A DNA stretch of 64,000 bases, taken from the NCBI GenBank assembly GCA_004558185.1, contig SFDP01000024.1, forward strand, positions 9,362 to 73,361. Direction: 5' to 3'. Made by a program: the position numbers and the translations under genes. Under the pieces are notes generated by a model. It was not told where the DNA came from. It worked only from the letters and a program-made list of their open reading frames with translations, and made no database searches. Every line of letters begins with the position of its first letter. Positions within the stretch are counted from its first letter, which is position 1. The stretch is from Lachnospiraceae bacterium. Lineage in GTDB: Bacteria; Bacillota; Clostridia; Lachnospirales; Lachnospiraceae. Below, in pieces: positions 19,397-29,119 of this stretch.

Positions 19397-20089
19397 ATGA
19401 CCGGGAGGTGGATTTTGGAACACACTAAAGATGATAACGGCGGCTTTTTTTTGGATCAGCAGATGCAGAGGGAACTGAGACAGGTGTTTAAAAAACTGAA
19501 TAAAAAGGTAATTCTTACCGCTATTTTAGAGAAGAATTCATCCAAATCTTCTGAAATGACACAGTTATTGAACGAAATTGCCGAATTAAGTGATTTTATT
19601 GAGGTTAACTGTATTACTGCCGGCTGTTCTCCTGATTTAGAAGAGCTGATGGATTGTGACGGCCACTTTCCTGCTTTAGGCATTTTCGATGGCCAGATGC
19701 AGTTTAGCGGTCTGTCCTATCTGGGTATTCCCGGGGGAAAAGAGATCAACTCCCTGGTGTACGGTCTGTATAATGTTGCAGGCCCTGGGCAAACGATCAG
19801 TGGGAAGAATAAAAAACGGTTGGCAAAGATCATTTCACCTCATCGGATCAAGGTCTGTGTTTCGCTGGCTTGTCATCACTGCTGTAATACCGTAATTGCC
19901 AGCCAGCTATTAAGTGCCCAAAATCCTTATCTTTCTTCACAGATGATAGATGCTGCTCTTTTTCCCGATATCGTTGAGAAATATAAGCTGGAGCGTGTTC
20001 CCTTACTTATTCTCGATGATACTGCCTTTCTCTGGGGAGAAAAGGGGATTGAGGATATCCTTTCTCTGCTGGAAAACAGTATAAGCTGA
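19397..20089 (+). CDS. stand-alone AhpF N-terminal-domain-like thioredoxin-fold protein
   Basis: About 225 aa. ELRQVFKKLNKKVILTAIL...EMTQLLNEIAELSDFIEV resembles the AhpF NTD, and SLACHHC supplies its CxxC. No FAD/NAD reductase part follows. The likely real start is the TTG at 19415 (GGGAGG-6 nt-TTG). Confidence 0.6.
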   Translation: MTGRWILEHTKDDNGGFFLDQQMQRELRQVFKKLNKKVILTAILEKNSSKSSEMTQLLNEIAELSDFIEVNCITAGCSPDLEELMDCDGHFPALGIFDGQMQFSGLSYLGIPGGKEINSLVYGLYNVAGPGQTISGKNKKRLAKIISPHRIKVCVSLACHHCCNTVIASQLLSAQNPYLSSQMIDAALFPDIVEKYKLERVPLLILDDTAFLWGEKGIEDILSLLENSIS

Positions 20090-20093
20090 CTTC

Positions 20094-20131
20094 AAAAGGG
20101 GATATGTGGCATGGTACACATATCCCCTTTT
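20094..20131. terminator. bidirectional rho-independent terminator
   Basis: AAAAGGGGATATGTG-8 nt loop-CACATATCCCCTTTT, with A/T runs on both sides. Lies between the convergent ahpF-NTD gene and the Cys-repeat peptide gene. Confidence 0.8.
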
Positions 20132-20206
20132 ATTATGTATCAATTAACTGAACTCCTATGTGAAAGCTATTGTCTATGGTGCCGCTTGAAAAGCATGGAG
20201 TTTAGT

Positions 20207-20389
20207 TTATTCTTCTGTGCAGTTCATATTTTGCAGACTGCAGGCCTTTTCCTCCCTGTCTATACAGTTCATATCCGTCAGCCCACAGTTCTTATCCTCT
20301 CCGCCTACACAATTCATATCGGTAAAGGCACAGGTTTTGTCACTATCTGACATCCCATTCATGTTCGTTATCCCCAGCTTTTTCTTCAT
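20207..20389 (-). CDS. small Cys-repeat peptide (three 15-aa C-x6-C modules), candidate RiPP precursor or metal-binding peptide
   Basis: 60 aa. Strong RBS (AAGGAGG-5 nt-ATG), and the start lies 14 nt after the DUF1667 stop. Followed by the terminator at 20094..20131. Modules: SDSDKTCAFTDMNCV / GGEDKNCGLTDMNCI / DREEKACSLQNMNCT. Confidence 0.5.
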   Translation of the reverse strand: MKKKLGITNMNGMSDSDKTCAFTDMNCVGGEDKNCGLTDMNCIDREEKACSLQNMNCTEE

Positions 20390-20403
20390 GACTTACCTCC
20401 TTC

Positions 20404-20769
20404 TTAATCTACATTCGCCGTTGCCACAACCGCTACGCCGGTTCCTGCTGCATCCGGAAGAATGGTATCTCCTACCCGGACAGGAGTAACCGCTTCAACT
20501 TCCTTTAGCCTACGAACCACATCAAAAATTTTCTCCTTGGGAATATCTTTTGCGGTCTTACAGGGAACCTGACCCTTTTCTCTCCCTTTTATCCTTACCG
20601 TAGTGGTTACCATGCGGGCAGGTTCGGTCACTTCTTTTCTTGCGTAGTTCTCTCCTCTCGGACAGGTGTTTCCGCTAACCCCTATCCGCTCACCATCTAT
20701 GTTTACCTCCAGCATACACCCCAGGGGACAGATAATACAAGTCAAATCTCTTTTTTCCATAGACTTCAC
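20404..20769 (-). CDS. DUF1667 domain protein (third subunit of the clostridial G3P dehydrogenase triad)
   Basis: 121 aa. CIICPLGC...GNTCPRGENYARKEVTEPARMVTTTV is the DUF1667 pattern. 4-nt overlap with the upstream oxidoreductase gene. Confidence 0.7.
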   Translation of the reverse strand: MKSMEKRDLTCIICPLGCMLEVNIDGERIGVSGNTCPRGENYARKEVTEPARMVTTTVRIKGREKGQVPCKTAKDIPKEKIFDVVRRLKEVEAVTPVRVGDTILPDAAGTGVAVVATANVD

Positions 20770-22031
20770 TCCTTTTCAATTTTTATCGTGATTTCTGTCA
20801 AAGTCGGAAGCTCCAATAATTTTTCTTTTGAAAGCCTAATTTCCTCCATCTCTCCGGGAGCTGCCACAGGCCGCTTTTTCCGCAGAATACATTGACCCGA
20901 AAGGTACACACAGATGAAGCAGTTTTTGTATACTCTGTCCACCCGAAACCGTATCGTAAGGACATCATCCATATTCGATAAACGAATGCAGCCGGGCACC
21001 GTATAGCGTATACCATCTTCAGGAATCAGTCTGACTTCCTCTTCCTTCCTCCTTTCCATTTTCCCTTCAACATAGCGTGCCGCATTTCTTCCTGCCAGCA
21101 ACGCCTCCTGGGAAACAAAATCCACCAAATCATGAACGTGCAGTACATTTCCACAGGCAAATACCCCTTCAATACTGGTTTCCAGGCTTTCGTTGACCCT
21201 TGCCCCATTGGTGGCCTTTTCCATTTCTATTCCCATTCCCAGAGACAGCTCATTCTCCGGGATAAGCCCTACCGACAAAAGGAGCGTATCACAGGGAATA
21301 TACTCCTCTGTTCCCGGAATAGGCCTTTTCCTTTCATCCACCTGTGCCAGAGTCACCCCCTTCAAACGCTCTCTGCCGTCGATATCCACTACCGTATGAC
21401 TGAGCTTTAAGGGTATCCCATAGTCCTCAAGACACTGCACAATATTTCTTTTCAGTCCACCGGAGTAGGGCATCAATTCTGCCACAGCCTTTACCTTTGC
21501 CCCCTCCAATGTCATCCTTCTTGCCATAATCAGCCCGATATCTCCTGATCCCAGAATCACTACCTCCCTCCCGGGAAGATAGCCTTCCATATTGACTAAC
21601 CGTTGTGCGGTTCCGGCAGAAAAGATTCCTGCCGGCCGATAGCCGGGAATATTGAGGGCTCCTCTTGGCCTCTCCCGACAGCCCATAGCCAGAATGACCG
21701 CCTTTGCCTGAATTTCGAACACTCCCAGGGTGCAGTTCATAGCCGTCACCTTTTTATCCGGGGATATTTCCATAACCATGGTATTAAGCATATATTCAAT
21801 ACCCAGCTCATTCACCCGGTCAATAAACCGTATGGCATACTCCGGCCCTGTCAGTTCCTCCTTAAACGTGTGGAGCCCAAATCCATTATGGATACACTGA
21901 TTCAGTATCCCCCCCAGTTGATTATCCCTTTCCAAAATCAAGATGCTGTCACTTCCGTTTTCTTTTGCACCTACTGCGGCTGCAAGACCGGCGGGGCCGC
22001 CGCCGACAATCACAATATCGTATTTTTTCAC
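20766..22031 (-). CDS. NAD(P)/FAD-dependent pyridine-nucleotide-disulfide-type oxidoreductase
   Basis: 421 aa with two Rossmann dinucleotide motifs, IVIVGGGPAGLAAA and VVILGSGDIGLIMA, plus ACGNV near the C-terminal third. glp operon context. Confidence 0.8.
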   Translation of the reverse strand: MKKYDIVIVGGGPAGLAAAVGAKENGSDSILILERDNQLGGILNQCIHNGFGLHTFKEELTGPEYAIRFIDRVNELGIEYMLNTMVMEISPDKKVTAMNCTLGVFEIQAKAVILAMGCRERPRGALNIPGYRPAGIFSAGTAQRLVNMEGYLPGREVVILGSGDIGLIMARRMTLEGAKVKAVAELMPYSGGLKRNIVQCLEDYGIPLKLSHTVVDIDGRERLKGVTLAQVDERKRPIPGTEEYIPCDTLLLSVGLIPENELSLGMGIEMEKATNGARVNESLETSIEGVFACGNVLHVHDLVDFVSQEALLAGRNAARYVEGKMERRKEEEVRLIPEDGIRYTVPGCIRLSNMDDVLTIRFRVDRVYKNCFICVYLSGQCILRKKRPVAAPGEMEEIRLSKEKLLELPTLTEITIKIEKE

Positions 22032-22046
22032 GAAAATCCCCCTTTC

Positions 22047-23507
22047 CTATAACCGATCTTTATTTCTTCCAACGATTACCAGGGATTCTTTTCCCATCTT
22101 GGTAAGCTCCGACTCCTCTGTTTCAAGCTGTCTTGCAAGTATCTCCATAACCCTTGGTAAGCAAAAGCCGGACTGGCATCTCCCCATTCCTGCCCGTGTT
22201 CTTCGTTTAATCCCATCCAGTGATCTGGCTCCCAGGGGGCGATTTATGGCATCCAGAATTTCTCCCTCTGTCACCATCTCACATCTGCAGATTATATTGC
22301 CATATTCCGGATGTTTTTGAATTAATTGCTTTCTCTCCTCCCCGGTCAGGCTTTCCGGCATAAGAATTCCCTTGCGCCGGGCCACAAAATCCTCCTTTTT
22401 TTCCGGGTCGATTTTTTTTCTGAGAATATCCGCTATCATTTCTCCAATAGCAGGAGCGCTGCTTAACCCCGGTGACTCTATCCCTGCACAGTCAATGAAC
22501 CCCTCAGCATCCTCTGCCTCTTCAATAATAAACTCATGCCCCTTTTCATGTGCCCTGAGTCCTGCAAAGGAGGTAATTACCTGACTCATGGGTATATTTT
22601 TCACGTTCAACTGAGCCTTCGAAATCACCTCTGACAGACCTTCCCGGGTAGTAGCAACATTTTCCTTGTCAGTAATATCCGTTGCCGTAGGGCCAAGCAG
22701 AAGATTACCATGTATGGTAGGGGTGACCAGTATTCCTTTTCCGTATTTTCCAGGCAGGGAAAAAATCACCTGCTTAACTTGCTTTCCCGCACACTTATCC
22801 AGCAGACAGTATTCTCCTTTTCTGGGCGTAATACAGATTTTATTTTTGCTGACCATATTATGGATTTTATCCGCATATACACCTGCCGCATTCACCACAT
22901 AGCCGGTTCGGCAGCTTCCCTTATTGGTGTTGATCGTAAATCCCTTCTTCTCTTTTACTATTCCGGTCACTTCTGTATTAAATTGAAATTCCACTCCGTT
23001 GACAAAAGCATTTTCCGCAAGTGCAAAGGTCAGGCCAAAGGGACACACTATTCCCGCTGTAGGTGCATACAGTGCTGCCACCACATCCTCTGACAGCTCA
23101 GGCTCCATTTGGGTAAGTCTTTTTCCTTCTATAATCTCCAGGCCTTTCACTCCGTTTTTTATCCCCCGCTCATAGAGCTCTCGGAGTTTGGGCATATCCT
23201 CTTTGCTCCTTGACACAACTAACGATCCAATTCTTTTAAAGGGAAAATCCAGCTCCTCTGCCAGCTCCTCCATCATTTCATTTCCCCGTACATTCAGCCT
23301 GGCCATCAATGAACCATTGGCAGCATCATAGCCCGCATGAATAATGGCACTGTTTGCTTTTGTGGTTCCGGTGCAAACATCTTCCTCCTTTTCCAGCACC
23401 AATACCTTTAATTTGTATCTGGAAAGCTCTCTTGCCGTGGCTGCACCGCAAACACCGGCACCAATAATGACTACATCGTACATATCCTCTTTCTCCTCTT
23501 TGCTCAA
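22047..23507 (-). CDS. glpA: FAD-dependent glycerol-3-phosphate dehydrogenase/oxidase with a BFD-like [2Fe-2S] domain
   Basis: 486 aa with the FAD motif VVIIGAGVCGAATAREL. The C-terminal CRCEMVTEGEI...GMGRCQSGFC is a BFD-like Cys cluster. Sits between glpF and the oxidoreductase/DUF1667 pair. Confidence 0.8.
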   Translation of the reverse strand: MSKEEKEDMYDVVIIGAGVCGAATARELSRYKLKVLVLEKEEDVCTGTTKANSAIIHAGYDAANGSLMARLNVRGNEMMEELAEELDFPFKRIGSLVVSRSKEDMPKLRELYERGIKNGVKGLEIIEGKRLTQMEPELSEDVVAALYAPTAGIVCPFGLTFALAENAFVNGVEFQFNTEVTGIVKEKKGFTINTNKGSCRTGYVVNAAGVYADKIHNMVSKNKICITPRKGEYCLLDKCAGKQVKQVIFSLPGKYGKGILVTPTIHGNLLLGPTATDITDKENVATTREGLSEVISKAQLNVKNIPMSQVITSFAGLRAHEKGHEFIIEEAEDAEGFIDCAGIESPGLSSAPAIGEMIADILRKKIDPEKKEDFVARRKGILMPESLTGEERKQLIQKHPEYGNIICRCEMVTEGEILDAINRPLGARSLDGIKRRTRAGMGRCQSGFCLPRVMEILARQLETEESELTKMGKESLVIVGRNKDRL

Positions 23508-23610
23508 AGAGAGGCTAATCCCAACATTATCCTGTTGTCTGATCAGCCTCCTCTCTCATCCTTTATTCCTTTTTTCTAAAACATGACTTAATTTGTCGTG
23601 CCGCCCCCAT

Positions 23611-24321
23611 TTACCAGGGAATTGCGCCATATAAAAGCACTGCTGCCGCAGCACCTATTATGGGACCAACCAAAGGTACGATTCCGTATCCCCAGTTAGA
23701 ATCTCCCTTTGCCTGAATAGGCAGAAGCGTATGAGCCAGCCGGGGTCCAAGATCACGGGCGGGATTCAAGGCATAACCGGTCAGTCCGCCTAAAGACATA
23801 CCGATGGATACGATAATTCCAAAAACCAGAAAATTGCTCAAACCTACTGCAATGCCATCCACCTGTGCAATGCCCTTAATGGCAAACACCAATACAAAGG
23901 TGGCAATAGCTTCACTGACGATGTTTCTGGGCAAATTAGGAATGGCTGGACCTGTAGAAAATACGCCAAGCTTTGTTCCTGCATCCATGGTTGCATCAAA
24001 CTGATCCTTAAACAGGATATAAACCAGACAGGCTCCTACAAATGCGCCTGCAAACTGTGCAACAATGTATCCGGGAACCATTTCCCAGCCGATGCTTCTG
24101 TCTATGGCAAGAGCCAGAGTAAGCGCCGGGTTAAAATGGGCTCCTGATGCAGCTCCAAAAATATAAGCAGGAATCATAACCGCAAGTCCCCACGCCAGAG
24201 TGATTTGAATGGAACCTGCACCCTTCATTCCTGATTTATTCAGGGTAACGTTGGCCACTACTCCATCACCCAACAGGATAAGAATCATCGTTCCCAAAAA
24301 TTCTCCAATATATGGCAGCAT
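23611..24321 (-). CDS. glpF: glycerol uptake facilitator (aquaglyceroporin)
   Basis: Two NPA boxes (HFNPALT, LNPARDLG). Start at MLPYIG with RBS GGGAGG; the ORF-track start at 24369 would overlap glpK. Confidence 0.92.
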   Translation of the reverse strand: MLPYIGEFLGTMILILLGDGVVANVTLNKSGMKGAGSIQITLAWGLAVMIPAYIFGAASGAHFNPALTLALAIDRSIGWEMVPGYIVAQFAGAFVGACLVYILFKDQFDATMDAGTKLGVFSTGPAIPNLPRNIVSEAIATFVLVFAIKGIAQVDGIAVGLSNFLVFGIIVSIGMSLGGLTGYALNPARDLGPRLAHTLLPIQAKGDSNWGYGIVPLVGPIIGAAAAVLLYGAIPW

Positions 24322-24340
24322 AAGCAATCCTCCCTTCGTT

Positions 24341-25855
<1,515 letters not shown>

Positions 25856-25890
25856 TTATATTTTGTGTTATCCTCTAAGATAACCGCATC

Positions 25891-26457
25891 TCACATTTTC
25901 CATACTTCCCTGCTGGTGGTGGACACCGACGTGGCTCCGGCGGCAAGGGCAGTCATTACATCCTCCTTATCGGAAATCAGCCCACCTGCAATGATCGGAC
26001 TCTTAATGCTTTTTCGCAGTCTCCTGATGACCTTTGGCATCACCCCGGGGAGAACCTCTACAAAATCCGGTCGAAAATGATAGGTTTGTGTTTTTAGAGT
26101 CTCCAGAGCCATGGAGTCAATGAGAAAGACTCGCAAGACAGTGTGCATTTTAAGCTCCATAGCCCGTTTGAGCAGTGTCGGCTTTGTACTGATAATTCCA
26201 TCTGCTCCCGTTTCCTTTTTAATAAAATCCACTGCAATTTCTTTCGTTCCCAAGCCTGTTATCAGGTCGATATGTACCATGGCTATACGGCCCGAGTCCT
26301 TAATTCTTTTAACAATATCCCTGATGCTGCAAACATCTCCAAACAGGATAAACACTACCTTTATTTCTTCCTCCTGACAGCAGTGGTCAATGCTTTCCAT
26401 ATCCTTTACTGCTGCAATAATCGGATTATCCTCTACAATTTCATAAAAATTGTACAT
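25891..26457 (-). CDS. glpP: glycerol-3-phosphate-responsive antiterminator GlpP
   Basis: 188 aa from MYNFYEIVEDNPIIAAVKD (RBS GGAGGG-4 nt-ATG; the ORF-track start is 26469). ...AGGLISDKEDVMTALAAGATSVSTT at the C-terminus is typical of the GlpP family. First gene of the glp operon. Confidence 0.8.
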   Translation of the reverse strand: MYNFYEIVEDNPIIAAVKDMESIDHCCQEEEIKVVFILFGDVCSIRDIVKRIKDSGRIAMVHIDLITGLGTKEIAVDFIKKETGADGIISTKPTLLKRAMELKMHTVLRVFLIDSMALETLKTQTYHFRPDFVEVLPGVMPKVIRRLRKSIKSPIIAGGLISDKEDVMTALAAGATSVSTTSREVWKM

Positions 26458-26606
26458 ATGTCCCTCCATTGACTTTCTTTCCTGCCCGAATCGTCATACT
26501 GCTTTAAGAATCATCAATAAAAACAAACAAAAAAGCATATCTAACACGCCACTTTTATGGCGGTTTTATATGCTCTCTCATCTCAATCCATTCTTCAGTT
26601 ATTGAC

Positions 26607-26635
26607 ATTTTACAATACAATTCTAATATTTGCAA
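26607..26635 (-). promoter_or_regulatory. candidate sigma-A promoter of the glp operon
   Basis: The minus strand reads TTGCAA-17 nt-TAAAAT about 140 nt upstream of the glpP start. Confidence 0.45.
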
Positions 26636-26650
26636 GCTATTTTTGATCTT

Positions 26651-26674
26651 TTCTCCAATATTTTCTCCAATATT
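26651..26674. repeat. perfect 12-nt tandem duplication (TTCTCCAATATT x2) just upstream of the glpP promoter
   Basis: Read directly: ttctccaatatt ttctccaatatt, followed by cattcca-N4-cattcca. Confidence 0.8.
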
Positions 26675-26735
26675 CATTCCATGCCCATTCCATTTGAAAT
26701 TTGCATAGCTCTGAATGGTTATCCATTTTTTATCA

Positions 26736-27197
26736 TCAGGTGCGACGAATCATTTTTTTTCCACACATAGGACAGGTAATTTCAATCTTTCCTTTTCCCT
26801 TGGGCACACGTATTTTCCGATTACAGCCTTTGCAGCGATATATTTTATGTGTTTTTCTCATGGAAATTCTGAGCTTCAGAAATTCCAACCTCTGTAAAAA
26901 CTTACGGTTTTCTTCCCTTCTTTTACATACATCTTTGGAAATTACTCTGAACAGACTGTATAATAAGCCAAACCAGGCAAAAATCTGCAGCAGACCTAAC
27001 CGAAATAAGCCCCCCAGCAAATAGACAAATATGGAGCAGTAAAAAACGGCTGTTTCCAGCTCATCCCTTCCGTTTCTGCCCATCATAAACTTCTGTATAT
27101 GCCACTTTATCCTGTTCCACATTTGCTGCTCCTGTTCTGAATAGATTGGTCGCCGTAAAGCTGCCTCCCGATTCTCTTCCTTATTTAGTTTACCCAT
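26736..27197 (-). CDS. membrane protein with a C-terminal zinc-ribbon
   Basis: 153 aa. Central hydrophobic hairpin (VFYCSIFVYLLGGLFRLGLLQIFAWFGLLY) and C-terminal CKGC-x17-CPMC. Confidence 0.55.
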   Translation of the reverse strand: MGKLNKEENREAALRRPIYSEQEQQMWNRIKWHIQKFMMGRNGRDELETAVFYCSIFVYLLGGLFRLGLLQIFAWFGLLYSLFRVISKDVCKRREENRKFLQRLEFLKLRISMRKTHKIYRCKGCNRKIRVPKGKGKIEITCPMCGKKMIRRT

Positions 27198-27329
27198 ATA
27201 TATGTACTATAACACAACAAAAAGAGAATGCAATAGAGATTATTTTCTTTTAAGAAAATACAGATATTTTTTAGATAACTGTTCCCATTTTATACCACCT
27301 GGAATAATGCCCTGCTATCGATAAAAGTT

Positions 27330-27358
27330 TTGCAGTTCACCTGCTCCTGTGATATGAT
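27330..27358 (+). promoter_or_regulatory. candidate sigma-A promoter of the ABC-F gene
   Basis: TTGCAG-17 nt-TATGAT, with a TGa extended -10 immediately upstream of the hexamer. About 60 nt before the start codon. Confidence 0.5.
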
Positions 27359-27424
27359 AGCCATTGAATAAGCAGTAGTGCAAGCACAGCTTGCGATATG
27401 CAGTAGTGTAGAATGGAGAAACCA

Positions 27425-28981
27425 ATGAGTATACTTAATGTGGAGCATTTAACCCATGGCTTCGGTGATCGGGCCATCTTTAATGATGTCTCCTTTCGTC
27501 TTTTGAAGGGAGAACACATCGGCCTGATCGGTGCCAATGGGGAAGGAAAATCTACCTTTATGAATATCATAACGGGAAAGCTGATGCCTGATGAGGGTAA
27601 GGTAGAGTGGGCCAAAAATGTCCGGGTAGGTTATCTGGATCAGCATACGGTATTAAAGCCGGGAATGACCATACGCGAGGCCCTGGCTTCTGCTTTTGAC
27701 TTTCTTTTTGAGCTGGAAGCCCAGATGAATACCATCTGCGAAAAAATGGGGGAGGCTTCTGAGCAGGAGCTGGAAGCCTATATGGAAGAATTGGGAACCA
27801 TTCAGGATTTACTGACCGTTCATGATTTTTATCTGATCGACTCCAAGGTAGAGGAGGTTGGCCGGGCACTGGGGCTCAGCGACATCGGTCTGGACAAGGA
27901 GGTAACTCAGTTAAGCGGCGGCCAGCGAACCAAGGTACTGTTAGGCAAGCTGCTGTTAGAAAAGCCTGATATTCTTTTGCTGGATGAGCCCACCAACTAT
28001 CTGGATGCGGAGCATATTGAATGGTTGAAGCGATATTTGAATGAGTATGAGAATGCTTTCATTCTGATTTCCCATGATATTCCCTTTTTGAATAGTGTAA
28101 TCAATTTGATTTATCACATGGATAATCAGGAATTGAACCGTTATGTAGGCGATTATGATAAATTCCAGGAGGTATATGCCGCAAAGAAGGCACAGCTTAC
28201 GGCTGCCTATAACCGACAGCAGAAGGAAATTGCAGATTTAAAGGATTTTGTTGCCAGAAACAAAGCCCGGGTAGCTACCCGAAACATGGCCATGTCCCGT
28301 CAAAAAAAGCTGGATAAAATGGAGGTAATTGAGCTGGCCTCTGAAAAGCCTAAGCCGGAGTTTCATTTTAAGGAGGCTCGTACCCCGGGGCGGTATATTT
28401 TCCGTACTGCCAATCTGGTCATCGGTTACGATGAACCACTTTCCACACCCCTCAATCTGGAAATGGAGCGTGGGGAAAAAATTGCACTTATTGGGTCCAA
28501 CGGAATTGGGAAAACCACCCTGCTGAAATCCATTCTGGGGCTGATTCCTTCTTTGTCCGGAGACATAGAGCTGGATCATTATCTGAGTATAGGCTATTTT
28601 GAGCAGGAGATGGCGGCCGGGATCGAGACCACCTGCATGGAAGAGCTCTGGAAGGAGTTCCCCGGTTTTACCCAGTATGAGGTACGCTCTGCTCTGGCAA
28701 AATGCGGGCTTACGACTAAGCATATTGAAAGTAAGGTAAAGGTATTAAGTGGTGGCGAGCAGGCCAAGGTAAGGCTGTGTAAGCTGATCAATCGGGAAAC
28801 CAATGTACTTTTGCTGGATGAGCCCACTAATCATCTGGATGTGGATGCCAAGGAGGAACTGCAGCGGGCATTAAAGTGCTACAAAGGAAGTATTCTGATG
28901 GTTTGCCATGAACCGGAATTTTACGAAGGCTGGGCTACCAGAGTTCTGGACTGCAGCCAGTGGACCACGAAGATATTCTGA
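27425..28981 (+). CDS. ABC-F family ATPase (two fused ABC domains, no TMD)
   Basis: Walker A GANGEGKST and GSNGIGKTT, signatures LSGGQRTK and LSGGEQAK, and an inter-domain linker with a Q/K/R-rich arm. Start taken at MSILNV (GGAGA-5 nt-ATG); the ORF track starts at 27413. Confidence 0.88.
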   Translation: MSILNVEHLTHGFGDRAIFNDVSFRLLKGEHIGLIGANGEGKSTFMNIITGKLMPDEGKVEWAKNVRVGYLDQHTVLKPGMTIREALASAFDFLFELEAQMNTICEKMGEASEQELEAYMEELGTIQDLLTVHDFYLIDSKVEEVGRALGLSDIGLDKEVTQLSGGQRTKVLLGKLLLEKPDILLLDEPTNYLDAEHIEWLKRYLNEYENAFILISHDIPFLNSVINLIYHMDNQELNRYVGDYDKFQEVYAAKKAQLTAAYNRQQKEIADLKDFVARNKARVATRNMAMSRQKKLDKMEVIELASEKPKPEFHFKEARTPGRYIFRTANLVIGYDEPLSTPLNLEMERGEKIALIGSNGIGKTTLLKSILGLIPSLSGDIELDHYLSIGYFEQEMAAGIETTCMEELWKEFPGFTQYEVRSALAKCGLTTKHIESKVKVLSGGEQAKVRLCKLINRETNVLLLDEPTNHLDVDAKEELQRALKCYKGSILMVCHEPEFYEGWATRVLDCSQWTTKIF

Positions 28982-29032
28982 TTTTAATTGATTTATCATC
29001 AAAAAAGAGATACATAGGAGCAATATTGTTAA

Positions 29033-29078
29033 AAAAGAATTCCTGACCATTGTTATAGATGGACAGGAATTCTTTTTT
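29033..29078. terminator. bidirectional rho-independent terminator
   Basis: AAAAGAATTCCTG-18 nt-CAGGAATTCTTTTTT between the convergent ABC-F and 5'-nucleotidase genes. Confidence 0.75.
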
Positions 29079-29119
29079 ATACTAAGCAGATTACATTGGC
29101 TATCTGACAACCCCTTTTC

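Noticed and set aside
20111-20489. Plus-strand ORFs of 79 aa and 90 aa overlapping the Cys-repeat peptide gene.
   Set aside because: One starts inside the terminator hairpin. Neither has an RBS, and both are Leu/Phe/Ser-rich shadows of the repeat. The minus-strand ORF has the strong RBS and operon fit.
23508-23556. Imperfect inverted repeat (AGAGAGGCT...AGCCTCCTCTCT) between glpF and glpA, considered as a GlpP-controlled terminator.
   Set aside because: It has a bulged stem, a 26-nt loop and no U tract on the coding strand. Evidence is insufficient. The same applies to the 6-bp hairpin GTTATC-N6-GATAAC at 25870..25887 between glpP and glpK.
26602-26629. Plus-strand TTGACA-16-TAATAT considered as the promoter for the ABC-F gene.
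   Set aside because: The ABC-F start lies about 800 nt downstream, beyond an oppositely oriented gene, and it has its own better-placed promoter at 27330..27358. The hexamers mirror the minus-strand glpP promoter in AT-rich DNA. Kept only as a low-interest note.
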